DNA of 64,000 bases from a bacterium (GTDB taxonomy: Bacteria; Bdellovibrionota_C; UBA2361; CALJRW01), in assembly GCA_031385045.1 (NCBI GenBank), contig JANNBC010000024.1:270150-334149 (forward strand). The letters are read 5' to 3'. A program made the translations under genes and the position numbers. The notes under the pieces are model-generated. The model made no database searches. It was not told the DNA's origin and was given only the letters and a program-made list of their open reading frames with translations. Positions 39,347 through 49,911 of this stretch are shown piece after piece (the first letter of the stretch is position 1; each line of letters starts with the position of its first letter).

Positions 39347-40060
39347 CTATTTCAATAGTCCGCGCAGGAAGTAACCCGCATGCTTCGGACTAAGCTTAGA
39401 TTTCCCTGATGTGCGGAAAGAAAACTGGTACTGCACCTCGTGATAGCTAGTCTCGCGAGGTGCAACTTTAAGCAAATCAAAAAACACTTTATAACCTTTG
39501 GGCTCAAAGCGTTTAGCGAATTGCTTAATCATTGCCTGACAATCTTTGGTAGTAGCTAAGAAAAATCCAGACATTGGGTCACTAACATGTCTCTGCTTCA
39601 AGATCTTCAAGTAAATCTTAGCTAAAAGTGTGGCAGTTTTGGTTACACAAATACGATGCCAACCTTGATTCTCCTGATAAGGTTTACGAACTCCAGCAAC
39701 AATTCTAATTCCAGACTTTGCTAAGTCATATAAATCCTTAATCAGCAGAGGTGGATGTTGTAGATCAGCATCAATAACTAAAAAATATTCAGTCTGCACT
39801 AACAAGATGGCATCGAGCACACTGGCAGTTAAACCTTTAATCGGATTATCCCGACGATCTAATAATTGGATTCGAACATTCTCACTACTCCATTCTTTAA
39901 CAATCTCGGCAGTGCGATCCCTACTGCCATCATCAGCAATAATAATTGAAACACCAGTGTAGATTTCTGTTAAAACACGTAATAACTCGGCGATATTCTG
40001 CTCCTCATTAAGTGTTGGAGAGATAATCGTTAAGTCAGTGAAATCAATTATCTCAGTCAT
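39347..40060 (-). CDS. GT2 glycosyltransferase (polyprenol-phosphate mannosyltransferase-like)
   Basis: PTLNE..N, DDGSRD.T, DADLQHPP, DPMSGFF and R..GKSK motifs. Confidence 0.88.
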   Translation of the reverse strand: MTEIIDFTDLTIISPTLNEEQNIAELLRVLTEIYTGVSIIIADDGSRDRTAEIVKEWSSENVRIQLLDRRDNPIKGLTASVLDAILLVQTEYFLVIDADLQHPPLLIKDLYDLAKSGIRIVAGVRKPYQENQGWHRICVTKTATLLAKIYLKILKQRHVSDPMSGFFLATTKDCQAMIKQFAKRFEPKGYKVFFDLLKVAPRETSYHEVQYQFSFRTSGKSKLSPKHAGYFLRGLLK

Positions 40061-41004
40061 AATGTAAGCTTTAAATTTCTTTCAATTCTAGGAATTATCG
40101 GTTGGGAATTGATAGCTAAATCTCGCCCCATTAATCTAGCAAAAGAACTTAAGTATAATTCGGCAACAGAACTACGATAATCATCAGTAATTGTTGGGAT
40201 TGGCCCATCACCCTTAAAGCCCTGATCTAATAACCACTTACGAACATTCTGCTTATCTAACATTTTAGGACTGACTTCTGATTGATATGCTGTTAGATAA
40301 GAGTCGGCTTCCCAGTAACGTGAAGAATCTAAAGTATGGATTTCATCTGCCAAAATTAACTTTCCGGCAGATAAACCAAATTCATATTTTGTATCTACTA
40401 AAATTAATCCCTTTTTTTGAGCAAGCTCCTGACCACGAAGAAATAAAGCAATCGCCTTTTCACGCAACTCCTGCCAAATACTGACTGGCACTAAACCTGA
40501 TCGTAGGATCTCAGCTTCCGATATTGGCAAATCATGATCGCCCTGAGGGGCTTTCGTGGAAGGTGTTATTAGCGGTTCAGCAAATTGCGAGTAAGGCATC
40601 AGACCATTTGGGAGCTTAACTCCGGAAGTATCTCTGCCTGATTGATAATCAACTAGCGCACTACCAGTTAAATATCCACGCACGACTACCTCGACTGGCA
40701 ACATTGCTGCCTGCTTCACAACCATGACATTTGGATCAGGATAATCTACGACATGATTTTGAATAATATCAGCAGTCAATTTAAAATTATCCATGGCAAG
40801 TTCTGTAACTACCTGCCCCTTAAACGGAATTGTGGTTAAAATACGATCAAACGCGCTTAAGCGATCAGTTGTAATTAGATAGCTTAGATCTTTACCAAAA
40901 TAACAATCTCGAACCTTACCAATATAACGATCTCCTAGTCCCAAAAAATTTGTCTCCCCTAGAACATTATTCAAATTATCGTGGATTACTTTTTTATAGT
41001 TCAT
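40057..41004 (-). CDS. purC: SAICAR synthetase
   Basis: GKVRD, TDRLSAFD, EVVVRGYLTGS, DTKYEFG and DEIHT.DSSRYW motifs. Confidence 0.95.
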   Translation of the reverse strand: MNYKKVIHDNLNNVLGETNFLGLGDRYIGKVRDCYFGKDLSYLITTDRLSAFDRILTTIPFKGQVVTELAMDNFKLTADIIQNHVVDYPDPNVMVVKQAAMLPVEVVVRGYLTGSALVDYQSGRDTSGVKLPNGLMPYSQFAEPLITPSTKAPQGDHDLPISEAEILRSGLVPVSIWQELREKAIALFLRGQELAQKKGLILVDTKYEFGLSAGKLILADEIHTLDSSRYWEADSYLTAYQSEVSPKMLDKQNVRKWLLDQGFKGDGPIPTITDDYRSSVAELYLSSFARLMGRDLAINSQPIIPRIERNLKLTL

Positions 41005-42064
41005 TTTTATTCTTAATTTTTTTAGTTCGGTGTAATTGTCTAATAACCTTTAAATTCCATTGAGCTACGGCGGCGGCTTGGGCTGGAAAGTCTAAGGGGT
41101 TGGCAATTGTTTTTAAAGCCTTAGTAGATTTAAACTTTTGTAATAATTTTTTATTCTTCCGAGTAGACTTAAAAATAACTTTTAAATATTTTAGCACCCC
41201 AACATTGTTATTAATAGCTACAGCTAGCTCTGAATGCTTGATATTCTTTAAATAATACGCAGCTCGATGATACTCTTGAAATATACATTTGAAATTAGCA
41301 TCCTGCCAAGTGTCAGAATTATTGAGCATTTTTAAAAAAAGGTAATTTGCTAGTTTAAATCTGAGATAAGCCAGATGAAGCGAAGAGTGCCAAACCTGAT
41401 AGAAGTTACCTGTTGTCCTAAAACTGATTTCCGATGGTTGCTTAAGTGTTGCTAATAAACCTGCAGTAAAAGCAACTGTTTGGTCATAGGGATTACGTAG
41501 GATTCTAACCATCGTAATATCTGTAATTAACTTCAAACCTAAGTTGAGATCTTTTGTTAATCTTAATTGATCCAGATTTAGATTATAGGGTGGCGGAAAC
41601 AGCAGATTTATATATTGATCATTCCCCCAAAGAATAACTTTAGCCTGCTTTTTTTTGGCAAGTAGCGCCTTTGCTTCGGCATAACTACCTACCGAATAAT
41701 TTAGTTTATAGATTTTTGCATTAGAGTCAGCAGGTAAAAATTGATCAATATCCTCTAAAAACTTGCGGCTTTCCTTGCCATAGAGATCCTCTTCAAAATT
41801 AGCCAAATAATACTGGGCATCAAAGAAATCAGGCTTTTTACTAACAATAATAAACCATGAGCTAGAAATTAAAATCGATACAATTACAAGAATTGCAGGC
41901 ATTCGACTGCCATTGATTCTAAGCTTAAAAAGAAATAATGATATCAAAACTAGAAAAACTAGCTGGGCATAGCCGGGTGCTAAAAGCTGATTCCGAACTA
42001 TTAACTGATAACTAAGCCCCAGCAGTAGAAAGATCATTATTATAGAAAATAGTTTAGACTTCAT
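40994..42064 (-). CDS. Hypothetical membrane protein
   Basis: Three N-terminal TM helices, then a soluble helical domain; overlaps the purC start. Confidence 0.75.
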   Translation of the reverse strand: MKSKLFSIIMIFLLLGLSYQLIVRNQLLAPGYAQLVFLVLISLFLFKLRINGSRMPAILVIVSILISSSWFIIVSKKPDFFDAQYYLANFEEDLYGKESRKFLEDIDQFLPADSNAKIYKLNYSVGSYAEAKALLAKKKQAKVILWGNDQYINLLFPPPYNLNLDQLRLTKDLNLGLKLITDITMVRILRNPYDQTVAFTAGLLATLKQPSEISFRTTGNFYQVWHSSLHLAYLRFKLANYLFLKMLNNSDTWQDANFKCIFQEYHRAAYYLKNIKHSELAVAINNNVGVLKYLKVIFKSTRKNKKLLQKFKSTKALKTIANPLDFPAQAAAVAQWNLKVIRQLHRTKKIKNKNEL

Positions 42065-42394
42065 TGACTAGATAATAATATTTTTAAATTCAATAAGGTT
42101 TTTAAAAGGCTTTAGAACAAGAGTCCTGTGGCACTCAAGCGATATTGGACAAAGTCGCTTAAGATAGCTCCATGGAGAATACCTTTTTTCGGCATAATTG
42201 TCACAGCAACAATCCAAAGATACAGTAAGGACAGATTAAAATAAATCTGTTATAAATTGTTGGCAGAAATTACTTAGATGTTTTTGCTTAAAGGCAAAAA
42301 ACTATCCGGGCTCAGGAATTTGCGATGACTTAAAATCAGTAAATCCTAGGCTGTTAACTTTAGTCCCTTTTGAATAAATTTTTTGATCTTCATC

Positions 42395-42910
42395 ATGAGT
42401 GTTCTTAAATTAGAAATATATCCATCAAATATCCTACGAGTGGAGAACCAAGAGATTACTAAAATCACTCCGCAGATCAAAAAATTAATTGCCGACATGA
42501 TTGAAACAATGTACCACGAACAAGGCATTGGACTTGCTGCGCCACAAATTGGCCATAATCTGCAAATCGCCGTTATTGATGTTTCTGAAAAGCAGAAATC
42601 ACCGACGGTCTTAATTAATCCCCAAATTATTAAAACAGAAAATAAAATTAAATCTGAAGAAGGTTGCTTAAGTATTCCTGGATATCGAGAAGTCATTCCA
42701 CGATTTGAAAAAGTTAAGATCACAGCCTTAGATCAAGATTTAAAACGAATCGAAATTGAGGCTGAGGGATTACTGGCTCGTTGTCTGCAACACGAAATTG
42801 ATCATCTCCAAGGAATTCTGTTTATTGATCATCTGGGGCGATTAAAGAAGAGAATGTTCGAAAAATGGTTTCAAAATTATTTAGAACATGGCGATGAGGA
42901 AGATGAGTGA
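42395..42910 (+). CDS. def: Peptide deformylase
   Basis: GIGLAAPQIG, EGCLSIPG and QHEIDHL motifs. Confidence 0.97.
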   Translation: MSVLKLEIYPSNILRVENQEITKITPQIKKLIADMIETMYHEQGIGLAAPQIGHNLQIAVIDVSEKQKSPTVLINPQIIKTENKIKSEEGCLSIPGYREVIPRFEKVKITALDQDLKRIEIEAEGLLARCLQHEIDHLQGILFIDHLGRLKKRMFEKWFQNYLEHGDEEDE

Positions 42911-43856
42911 TCGACCAAGGATAATTTTTTACGGAACACCGGCATTCTCTGTTCCTACCTTAATTCAGCTAATTAATAATCCTGCTTGGGAGATTGTGGG
43001 AGTAGTAACTCAACCCGATCGACCTAGTGGTCGAGGGAAAAAAATGCAATTCTCAGCAATTAAAGAACTGGCCCTTCTTCATAATCTGCCGGTGTTACAA
43101 CCAGAAAATATTAAATGTGAGCTTCCAAATTTCCTCTCTCAGCTAGAACAATTAGCCCCACTGGACTGCGCTGTAGTATTAGCTTTTGGACAAATTATCC
43201 CTTTAACAGTTCTTAATTTTCCATTACAAGGATCGGTCAATGTACATGCCTCGTTGCTTCCAAGGTGGCGTGGAGCAGCTCCTATCCACCGAGCTATTGA
43301 AGCTGGAGATTTAGAAACTGGTGTTTGCTTAATGAAAATGGAAGCTGGATTAGATACTGGGGCAGTATATACTTCACAAAAGATAAAAATAGATCGGAAT
43401 GAATCTACAGGAGAACTTCACGATCGCTTAGCAAAACTTTCTGCTGAAATTATTGCTTCTGATCTACTAAAAATTATTAATCAAGAATTAAAACTAACAC
43501 CTCAAAATCCGGAACAAGTAACCTATGCTAAAAAAATCTCCCGTGCAGAAGAATTAATTAATTGGGAAGACACGGCGAGTAATATTCACAATAAAATTCG
43601 CGCCTTTTCACCTTCTCCTGGAGCCTATACAAACTATCAACAAAAGAACTTAAAAATACTTTCTTCTGAAGTGCGCTCCGAGCCACATAGTTTCTTACCA
43701 GGAACTGTTATTTATACTGATAAAACTACCTTAGAAATTGCTTGCCTTAGTGACCGATTACAGATTAAAAGTGTTAAGGCTGAAGGTAAGCGAGAAATGT
43801 CGATTCAAGACTATTTACAAGGCAATAGTTTCACAGTAGGAGAACAATTAATATGA
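42903..43856 (+). CDS. fmt: Methionyl-tRNA formyltransferase
   Basis: GTPAF, TQPDRP.GRG, NVHASLLPRWRGAAPI and GLDTG motifs. Confidence 0.97.
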   Translation: MSDRPRIIFYGTPAFSVPTLIQLINNPAWEIVGVVTQPDRPSGRGKKMQFSAIKELALLHNLPVLQPENIKCELPNFLSQLEQLAPLDCAVVLAFGQIIPLTVLNFPLQGSVNVHASLLPRWRGAAPIHRAIEAGDLETGVCLMKMEAGLDTGAVYTSQKIKIDRNESTGELHDRLAKLSAEIIASDLLKIINQELKLTPQNPEQVTYAKKISRAEELINWEDTASNIHNKIRAFSPSPGAYTNYQQKNLKILSSEVRSEPHSFLPGTVIYTDKTTLEIACLSDRLQIKSVKAEGKREMSIQDYLQGNSFTVGEQLI

Positions 43857-44506
43857 TTAATCCCATAATTGCACCCTCAATTTTAGCAGCGAACCTAGGA
43901 GATCTCAAACAAGATTTAGAATTAATCAATCAATCCTCAGCTAGCTGGATTCATATTGATGTCATGGATGGATCCTTTGTTCCACCAATTACTTTTGGCG
44001 ACAATGTTGTCAGTATTTGCCGAAAACATTCTAAGAAATTTCTAGATGTCCACTTAATGACTAATCATCCGGAAAAACATTTCCAAAGTTTTATTAACGC
44101 TGGTGCTCAGAGCATTACCTTTCACCTCGAAGCAACAGATTCACCCCTAAAACTGCTAGATTTTCTTAAAAAAAATAAAGTTCAAGCTGGGCTTGCAATT
44201 AAACCAAATACTCCTTGGGAGTCATTTCATGACCTAATAAACTCTGTAGATTTGTTACTAATTATGACTGTTGAGCCGGGATACGGTGGTCAAAAATTCA
44301 TGCCTGAAATGCTAGATAAAATTAAATTAAGCAGTGATCTAATTTGCAAAAATCAATTCTCCGCTAAAATTCAAGTTGATGGAGGAATTAACCAAGAGAC
44401 TGGAAAACTTTGCTACCAAGCAGGTGCTGAAATATTTGTTGCTGGGTCTTATATTTTTAATCATCCAGATCCAAAATCCCAAATTAACAATTTATCATTT
44501 AAATAG
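43853..44506 (+). CDS. rpe: Ribulose-phosphate 3-epimerase
   Basis: APSIL, HIDVMDG, DVHLM, MTVEPGYGGQ and VDGGI motifs. Confidence 0.96.
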   Translation: MINPIIAPSILAANLGDLKQDLELINQSSASWIHIDVMDGSFVPPITFGDNVVSICRKHSKKFLDVHLMTNHPEKHFQSFINAGAQSITFHLEATDSPLKLLDFLKKNKVQAGLAIKPNTPWESFHDLINSVDLLLIMTVEPGYGGQKFMPEMLDKIKLSSDLICKNQFSAKIQVDGGINQETGKLCYQAGAEIFVAGSYIFNHPDPKSQINNLSFK

Positions 44507-45094
44507 ATGACAACTCTAATTATCTTAATTATTGCCTATCTAATTGGTTCATTTCCCACTGGACTACTAATTGCTAAATCGCAGGGAATCGATATCACCA
44601 AAATTGGTAGTGGTAATGTTGGCGCGACTAATATTGCTCGAAGCATTAGTAAAAAAGCCGGAATAATCACTCTACTAATTGACCTAGCTAAAGGACTTCT
44701 GCCGGTACTCCTTGTTTCTAATATTAATTCAATAAACTACTTAAGTAGTTTAGTTGCGATCATGACAGTCCTCGGACATTGTTTCTCTATTCCTAAATTT
44801 CTAAAGGGTGGCAAAGGAGTGGCCACAGGTTTAGGGGCGGTTTTAGGATTATCACCAACTATTGGTATTTTAGCACTTTTGATTTTTGCCTTAGTATTTA
44901 AGTTAAGAAAGATCGTCTCGCTGGCATCCTTAATTGCCGTTAGCCTGGTCCCCTTTCTCGGCCTAATCCTAACCTCCAACTGGAATTTTAGTACGCACCT
45001 CTTAATTATCAGCTTGGTTATTTGCTATAAACATCGTGAGAATATTCATCGATTATTAAATGGCGAAGAGCAAGAATTTACTACAAAAGAGTAA
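44507..45094 (+). CDS. plsY: Glycerol-3-phosphate acyltransferase
   Basis: YLIGS, GSGNVGATN, GH...KGGKGVAT and HRENI.RL..G.E motifs. Confidence 0.95.
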   Translation: MTTLIILIIAYLIGSFPTGLLIAKSQGIDITKIGSGNVGATNIARSISKKAGIITLLIDLAKGLLPVLLVSNINSINYLSSLVAIMTVLGHCFSIPKFLKGGKGVATGLGAVLGLSPTIGILALLIFALVFKLRKIVSLASLIAVSLVPFLGLILTSNWNFSTHLLIISLVICYKHRENIHRLLNGEEQEFTTKE

Positions 45095-45273
45095 TCTTTA
45101 TTCCACCTTACATAAGAAGCTAAGTAGTTGAATTAACTAAGTAAATATCCTTAAGGGTTTTACTTATTAATCTGTGGCAGTTTATAGTGATGACAAAAAA
45201 TAAATTACGTAAAAGTTAAATAGAACAATTTGTTTTTTGTCATAACTATATGATTTTATTATCCCTCCGGGGG

Positions 45274-45328
45274 ATAGAAAGCCCCAAAAAGTAATTTACT
45301 TATGTAAATTACTTTTTGGACTCTCTAT
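45274..45328. repeat. Stand-alone palindromic module B
   Basis: ATAGAAAGCCCCAAAAAGTAATTTAC-TTAT-GTAAATTACTTTTTGGACTCTCTAT; same ends as the module at 36300-36348 and 49912-49961. Confidence 0.75.
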
Positions 45329-45433
45329 AATATTAATTCCCAACTAAATTAACTAGGTGGCTCCGCTTGAATTTGACTAATTCAGCTAGATAACTTATTA
45401 CTAACGACCTAAAATTACTTTACATTTTTTATT

Positions 45434-46033
45434 ATGAGTTACAGAGGCCCAAAAGTTAAATTATCCCGCAAACTTGGAATTGCACTGACAGATAAAGCTG
45501 CTGCAGTTATGAACAAACGTCCTAATCCTCCTGGACAGCACGGTGCTAAAAGAAGAAAAGCACAGTCTGAGTTTGGTAAACAGTTACTGGAAAAGCAACG
45601 TTTAAAGTTTCAATACAATATTAGCGAAAGACAGCTAAGAAAGTATTGCGATGATGCGATTAAAAGCAAAGGTAATAGTTCTGAAGTTTTAATTAACACT
45701 TTAGAATCACGCCTAGATGCTATCATTTGCCGTGCTGGATATGCTCCAACTATTTTCGCTGCTCGTCAGTTTGTTGTACATGGACACGTTATGGTTAATG
45801 GTAAGAAAGTTGACATCCCTTCTTTCTTAGTAAAAAGCACTGACGTTGTTGCTGTTAAAGAAAAAAGCCAACAGCTTCCACTTGTTCAAGTTGCAATTCA
45901 TAAGACTATTGTCCCGCCGTATATCGAGCAAGACAAAAGTACTTATTCTTGTAAGTTGATTCGCAATGCCGAAAGACAAGAGATTCCTGTTATCTGTGAA
46001 TTACAACGTGTAGTTGAATTCTATTCTAGATAA
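45434..46033 (+). CDS. rpsD: 30S ribosomal protein S4 (stand-alone, no Zn-binding cysteines)
   Basis: PPGQHG, QLLEKQ, LESRLD, ARQFVVHGH and VVEFYSR motifs. Confidence 0.96.
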   Translation: MSYRGPKVKLSRKLGIALTDKAAAVMNKRPNPPGQHGAKRRKAQSEFGKQLLEKQRLKFQYNISERQLRKYCDDAIKSKGNSSEVLINTLESRLDAIICRAGYAPTIFAARQFVVHGHVMVNGKKVDIPSFLVKSTDVVAVKEKSQQLPLVQVAIHKTIVPPYIEQDKSTYSCKLIRNAERQEIPVICELQRVVEFYSR

Positions 46034-46051
46034 TTTCTTAGGATAGGAAAC

Positions 46052-46096
46052 AAAAAGCCCCAAGGACAAGAGTTATCTTATCCTTGGGGCTTTTTT
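46052..46096. terminator. Bidirectional intrinsic terminator between rpsD and ilvE
   Basis: AAAAAGCCCCAAGGA...TCCTTGGGGCTTTTTT. Confidence 0.85.
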
Positions 46097-46116
46097 ATTG
46101 TCAAAAGAATTAAATC

Positions 46117-47163
46117 CTAGCTTTTCATCCAATCAAAACGGTCAGGGATTTTGCCATAGCGAATATCACTAAACTCCTTAGCCACTTTTGCAGAAAAACT
46201 TTCTATTGTTGCCTCTGGAAGCTGGAAGTCTTGGCCCTGGAATCCAATAGTTTTAATTGGCGCAACCACGGCAGCAGTACCTACACCAAAAGCCTCCTGC
46301 AACTTACCATCCTGAATTGCAGTGATTACCTCTTGAATTGCAACAGGACGCTCTTCGACAATCATTCCCCAACCCTTGGCCATCTGAATGATTGAATCTC
46401 TAATAACGCCCGCTAAAATAGTATCTCCCAGCTCTGGTGTAACTAACTTACCATCAAGTAAAAACATTAGATTCATAGTGCCTGATTCCTCTACAAACTG
46501 ATGAGTACTAGCGTCTGTCCAAATTAACTGATCATAGCCATCTTTCTGAGCGGCAAACATTGGATTAAGCGAGGCGGCATAATTACCGGCAGTTTTTGCA
46601 AACCCAGTACCACCTTTTGAGGCTCGACAATATTTCTCCTCAACTCGCACTTTTAATGGCTGTGAGTAATACTTACCAACAGGACAAGAGAAGATGATAA
46701 ATTTGTATCTACTAGATGGTCTGATTCCAATATACTCATCAGCCGCAAACATAAAAGGGCGAATATACAATGACATGCCTTCACCAGCAGGAACCCAAGC
46801 TTGGTCTAATTTTAATAAAGCGCTTAGCCCTTCAAAAAAAATCTCTCTTGGCAGAACAGGCATTTGCATTCGCTCTGCTGAACGATTCAATCTCTCCCAA
46901 TTTTTTTCAGGTCTAAATAATTTAATCTCATCAGCAATAGTTCGATAAGCCTTCATCCCTTCAAAGATTGACTGCCCATAATGAAGAGTGGCGTTACCTG
47001 GGGTTAGACTTAGAGGGCCATAAGGATCAATTCGCAGATCCTTCCAGCCATTATCATAATCAGCGACAAACATATGATCGGCATATACACGACCAAAGAC
47101 TAAGTTTTGGAAATCAACTTCAGAAATTGAAGAAACCTTTTTTTGATTAATCTTAATCAGCAT
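46117..47163 (-). CDS. ilvE: Branched-chain amino acid aminotransferase
   Basis: LHYGQSIFEGMKAY, LYIRPF, AKTAGNY, EESGTMN, ILAGVIR and GTAAVV motifs. Confidence 0.95.
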   Translation of the reverse strand: MLIKINQKKVSSISEVDFQNLVFGRVYADHMFVADYDNGWKDLRIDPYGPLSLTPGNATLHYGQSIFEGMKAYRTIADEIKLFRPEKNWERLNRSAERMQMPVLPREIFFEGLSALLKLDQAWVPAGEGMSLYIRPFMFAADEYIGIRPSSRYKFIIFSCPVGKYYSQPLKVRVEEKYCRASKGGTGFAKTAGNYAASLNPMFAAQKDGYDQLIWTDASTHQFVEESGTMNLMFLLDGKLVTPELGDTILAGVIRDSIIQMAKGWGMIVEERPVAIQEVITAIQDGKLQEAFGVGTAAVVAPIKTIGFQGQDFQLPEATIESFSAKVAKEFSDIRYGKIPDRFDWMKS

Positions 47164-47268
47164 GTAATGGCTATTTATAAAAATGACTTACTATATACTA
47201 GGCGACTCAAGGTGGGCCACTCGGGTATTTAGCCTTACAAAATAAGGTAAATACTGGAAAACATAAAG

Positions 47269-47375
47269 ATACTAAAATCCCAATGAACTAAAAATGCGCT
47301 TCTTGTCCTCCTTAGCTTTAGCAAAGGGGAAAGTATTTTGCCATGTCCCAAAAAAACTAATGGATGTTAGTATAT
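47269..47375. repeat. TIR-bounded palindromic element of the ATATACTAAAACCCA family
   Basis: ATACTAAAATCCCAAT ... CTAATGGATGTTAGTATAT, with internal hairpin CCTTAGCTTTAGCAAAGG. Confidence 0.6.
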
Positions 47376-47416
47376 CAAGAAGCAGAAATCGTGGAAAGTA
47401 TAGCAGTGGAAAATAT

Positions 47417-48193
47417 CTAATAAAGTGAATAGCGATTAATCCGCTCCGCCTCTGCTAGTAGCGAGGCAGAGAATAGATGGCGGGCTAAAGACTGATTATG
47501 ATGAGTAGGTCGGCAATCAATTAAATTCGCAACAGTTCTTAATAACAAGCCCTCTGATTCGTGTCTTATAAGATCGCTTAAGCTCTGTTTAGAGTCTCTA
47601 TGACCTACGTGCTGAAAAAGTTTTATAAGAGCAGCATCTATAGTCTCATCCCCGGAGTCCAACACTAGTCCTTCAAAATCTTGGTCCGCACATCCCGCGA
47701 TTAATAATTTTTTTAGCGTTTCGCCAACAATTTCCTGATATGCCCTAACAAAGAATTTACCATCTCCAGTCGCAGAGAATGAAATCTTTGTTGCCGTTAA
47801 TAGGTAATCATGAAAATCTATTCCGTTCGCTTCCTTAAAACTCGCTAAGAAAGTTGCTTTTAGATCATTAGAATTGATCTTATGCACTTCCTGTTCTCGA
47901 GCAATGATCTGTACAGCAAATTCACTTTTTACCCCGGTGCTTAAATCTACAAAAGTAACAATTGGTTGGTGATTATTTTCTTTAATAGAAAAGCTAAGTG
48001 AAAGACTAACTGCTGAGGTTAAAATCAGTAATGTTTTTACATCAACATTAAACTTGGAATTTGCAATAATACTAGACTTACAATCGCTTAATGCCTGGCA
48101 TACTTCAGGCTTGCTTGGATCACGCTGCGCACTCCTAGCATCTTCAAAATTAAAAGTTCCTTGAACAACTTTTTTAGGTTGAGTAGGATACAT
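47417..48193 (-). CDS. Hypothetical protein
   Basis: 258-aa ORF; no family recognised. Confidence 0.7.
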   Translation of the reverse strand: MYPTQPKKVVQGTFNFEDARSAQRDPSKPEVCQALSDCKSSIIANSKFNVDVKTLLILTSAVSLSLSFSIKENNHQPIVTFVDLSTGVKSEFAVQIIAREQEVHKINSNDLKATFLASFKEANGIDFHDYLLTATKISFSATGDGKFFVRAYQEIVGETLKKLLIAGCADQDFEGLVLDSGDETIDAALIKLFQHVGHRDSKQSLSDLIRHESEGLLLRTVANLIDCRPTHHNQSLARHLFSASLLAEAERINRYSLY

Positions 48194-48366
48194 AAAAGAA
48201 ACTATTAATCACCTTTTAATAACGTGAATAGATCTAGATAACAGCTTACTGTCCTAATACGCTTCTAGCAATAAAAATCTTTATAATCTTGTATCAAGAA
48301 AAAGATACTATTTGCTTCCCTGGCTAGAATAAGCACTCAAAGGCATTTGAAAATATACTTTTGGGA

Positions 48367-49617
48367 TTAACCTACCGCCCGCTCCTGCCTAGCAACTAAT
48401 AATGGGGTAGCCTTACCGTGAATAACTTCGGCAGTAACAACAACCTCACTGATATTATCCATACTTGGGAGGTCAAACATTACATCAAGTAATGACTTTT
48501 CAATAATACCTCTAAGCCCCCTTGCCCCCGTTTGTTTAGAAATTGCTAACTCCGCGATAGCTTTTAGTGCCTCATCTGTAAAAGTTAGAGCAACATCATT
48601 AACATCTAGTAGCTCTTGAAATTGTTTAACTAAAGCATTCTTAGGTTCCGTTAATATCCGAATTAAGTCAGCTGCTTCTAAGTTTCTAAGTGGTGCAACA
48701 ATTGGTAATCTACCTAAAAACTCGGGAATCATCCCAAATTTCATTAAGTCATCAGTTTCCACTTCTAAAATAGCAGTTTCTGGTACAAAACTAGTTTTTC
48801 GCTCTGCTCCAAAACCTAAAGACTTAGAACCATTGCGATGAGCAATTATCTTTTCCAAACCTTCAAAGGCTCCACCAAAAATAAATAAAATATCACTAGT
48901 ATCTACTTGGATAAATTCTTGTTGGGGATGCTTTCTCCCACCCTTTGGAGGGATATTGGCAATGGTTCCTTCCATCATCTTAAGCAAGGCTTGCTGCACA
49001 CCTTCACCAGAAACATCTCTGGTAATTGATGGGCTATCTGATTTACGAGAAAGTTTATCAATCTCATCAACAAAGACAATTCCTTGCTGGGCTTTAGCGA
49101 CATCATAGTTAGCAGACTGTAGAAGGCCAGCAACAATATTTTCAACATCTTCACCAACATAACCAGCTTCGGTCAAAGTTGTAGCATCAACAATTGCAAA
49201 CGGCACATCAATAATCTTGGCAATTGTTTGTGCTAATAAAGTTTTTCCAGAACCTGTGGGGCCAAGAATTAACACGTTTGACTTACTTAGCTCGATATCA
49301 GAATTTAGATCAAAGCTATTATTAATTCTTTTGTAGTGGTTATGAACAGCGACAGCCAGAATCTTTTTCGCCTCCTCTTGACCAATTACATGTTGATCAA
49401 GTTTTTCTTTAATAAGTTTAGGGGAAGGGATAGAAAGTTTTTGATGCTGACTAGCCCTTCTTTTAGTATCTTTTTTTAAAACCTGATTGCAATTTTCAAC
49501 GCAAGAATTACAGATATATACCCCAGGACCAGCAATTAACTTCTTAGTAACTTCCTGACCAGAGCCACAAAAGGAACATGTTAAATTTCCTCGGAGTGTT
49601 TTGCGATCAATTGCCAT
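48367..49617 (-). CDS. clpX: ATP-dependent Clp protease ATPase subunit
   Basis: CSFC...YIC..C zinc finger, [31 protein letters not shown] and LGF loop. Confidence 0.97.
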   Translation of the reverse strand: MAIDRKTLRGNLTCSFCGSGQEVTKKLIAGPGVYICNSCVENCNQVLKKDTKRRASQHQKLSIPSPKLIKEKLDQHVIGQEEAKKILAVAVHNHYKRINNSFDLNSDIELSKSNVLILGPTGSGKTLLAQTIAKIIDVPFAIVDATTLTEAGYVGEDVENIVAGLLQSANYDVAKAQQGIVFVDEIDKLSRKSDSPSITRDVSGEGVQQALLKMMEGTIANIPPKGGRKHPQQEFIQVDTSDILFIFGGAFEGLEKIIAHRNGSKSLGFGAERKTSFVPETAILEVETDDLMKFGMIPEFLGRLPIVAPLRNLEAADLIRILTEPKNALVKQFQELLDVNDVALTFTDEALKAIAELAISKQTGARGLRGIIEKSLLDVMFDLPSMDNISEVVVTAEVIHGKATPLLVARQERAVG

Positions 49618-49839
49618 AAGCTAAACCTTTCAAAAACCATTTTTTACTGATTCAACAATTCCCAACATTAAAGGGATAACTTTGTGAATAGTAATATTAG
49701 GATGCTTTTGATTCCTAAATAGTAGCGAATAAATGATCAATAATAGAAAAGAATGATTTAAATCATTTACCTACTGACTCAAGGAGCTAAACGTGCTAGC
49801 CTAATGTATTAAAACTAATTGGTTTTTTCTAAAGAGCGG

Positions 49840-49910
49840 CGCTTCTAGTGCTTTGCACTTGAGATACTAAAGGACTCTGTCACTTTAGTAATTTTCAATG
49901 TCGTTTAGTA
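49840..49910 (+). repeat. Diverged copy of the 7573-7643 modules, abutting the 168-bp element
   Basis: CGCTTCTAGTGCTTTGCACTTGAGATACTAA...GTAATTTTCAATGTCGTTTAGTA vs CGCTTCAAGTGCTCCGCACTTGATATACTAA...GTAATTTTCAATGTCGCTTAGTA. Confidence 0.75.
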
Positions 49911-49911
49911 A

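Noticed and set aside
42065..42394. ncRNA or small ORF in the spacer before def
   Set aside because: One modest hairpin and an 18-codon ORF; nothing recognisable.
48367..49617. clpX without clpP, and rfbA (6517-7404) without rfbBCD, as novel systems
   Set aside because: Operon dispersal is common in this window; the partners are probably elsewhere.
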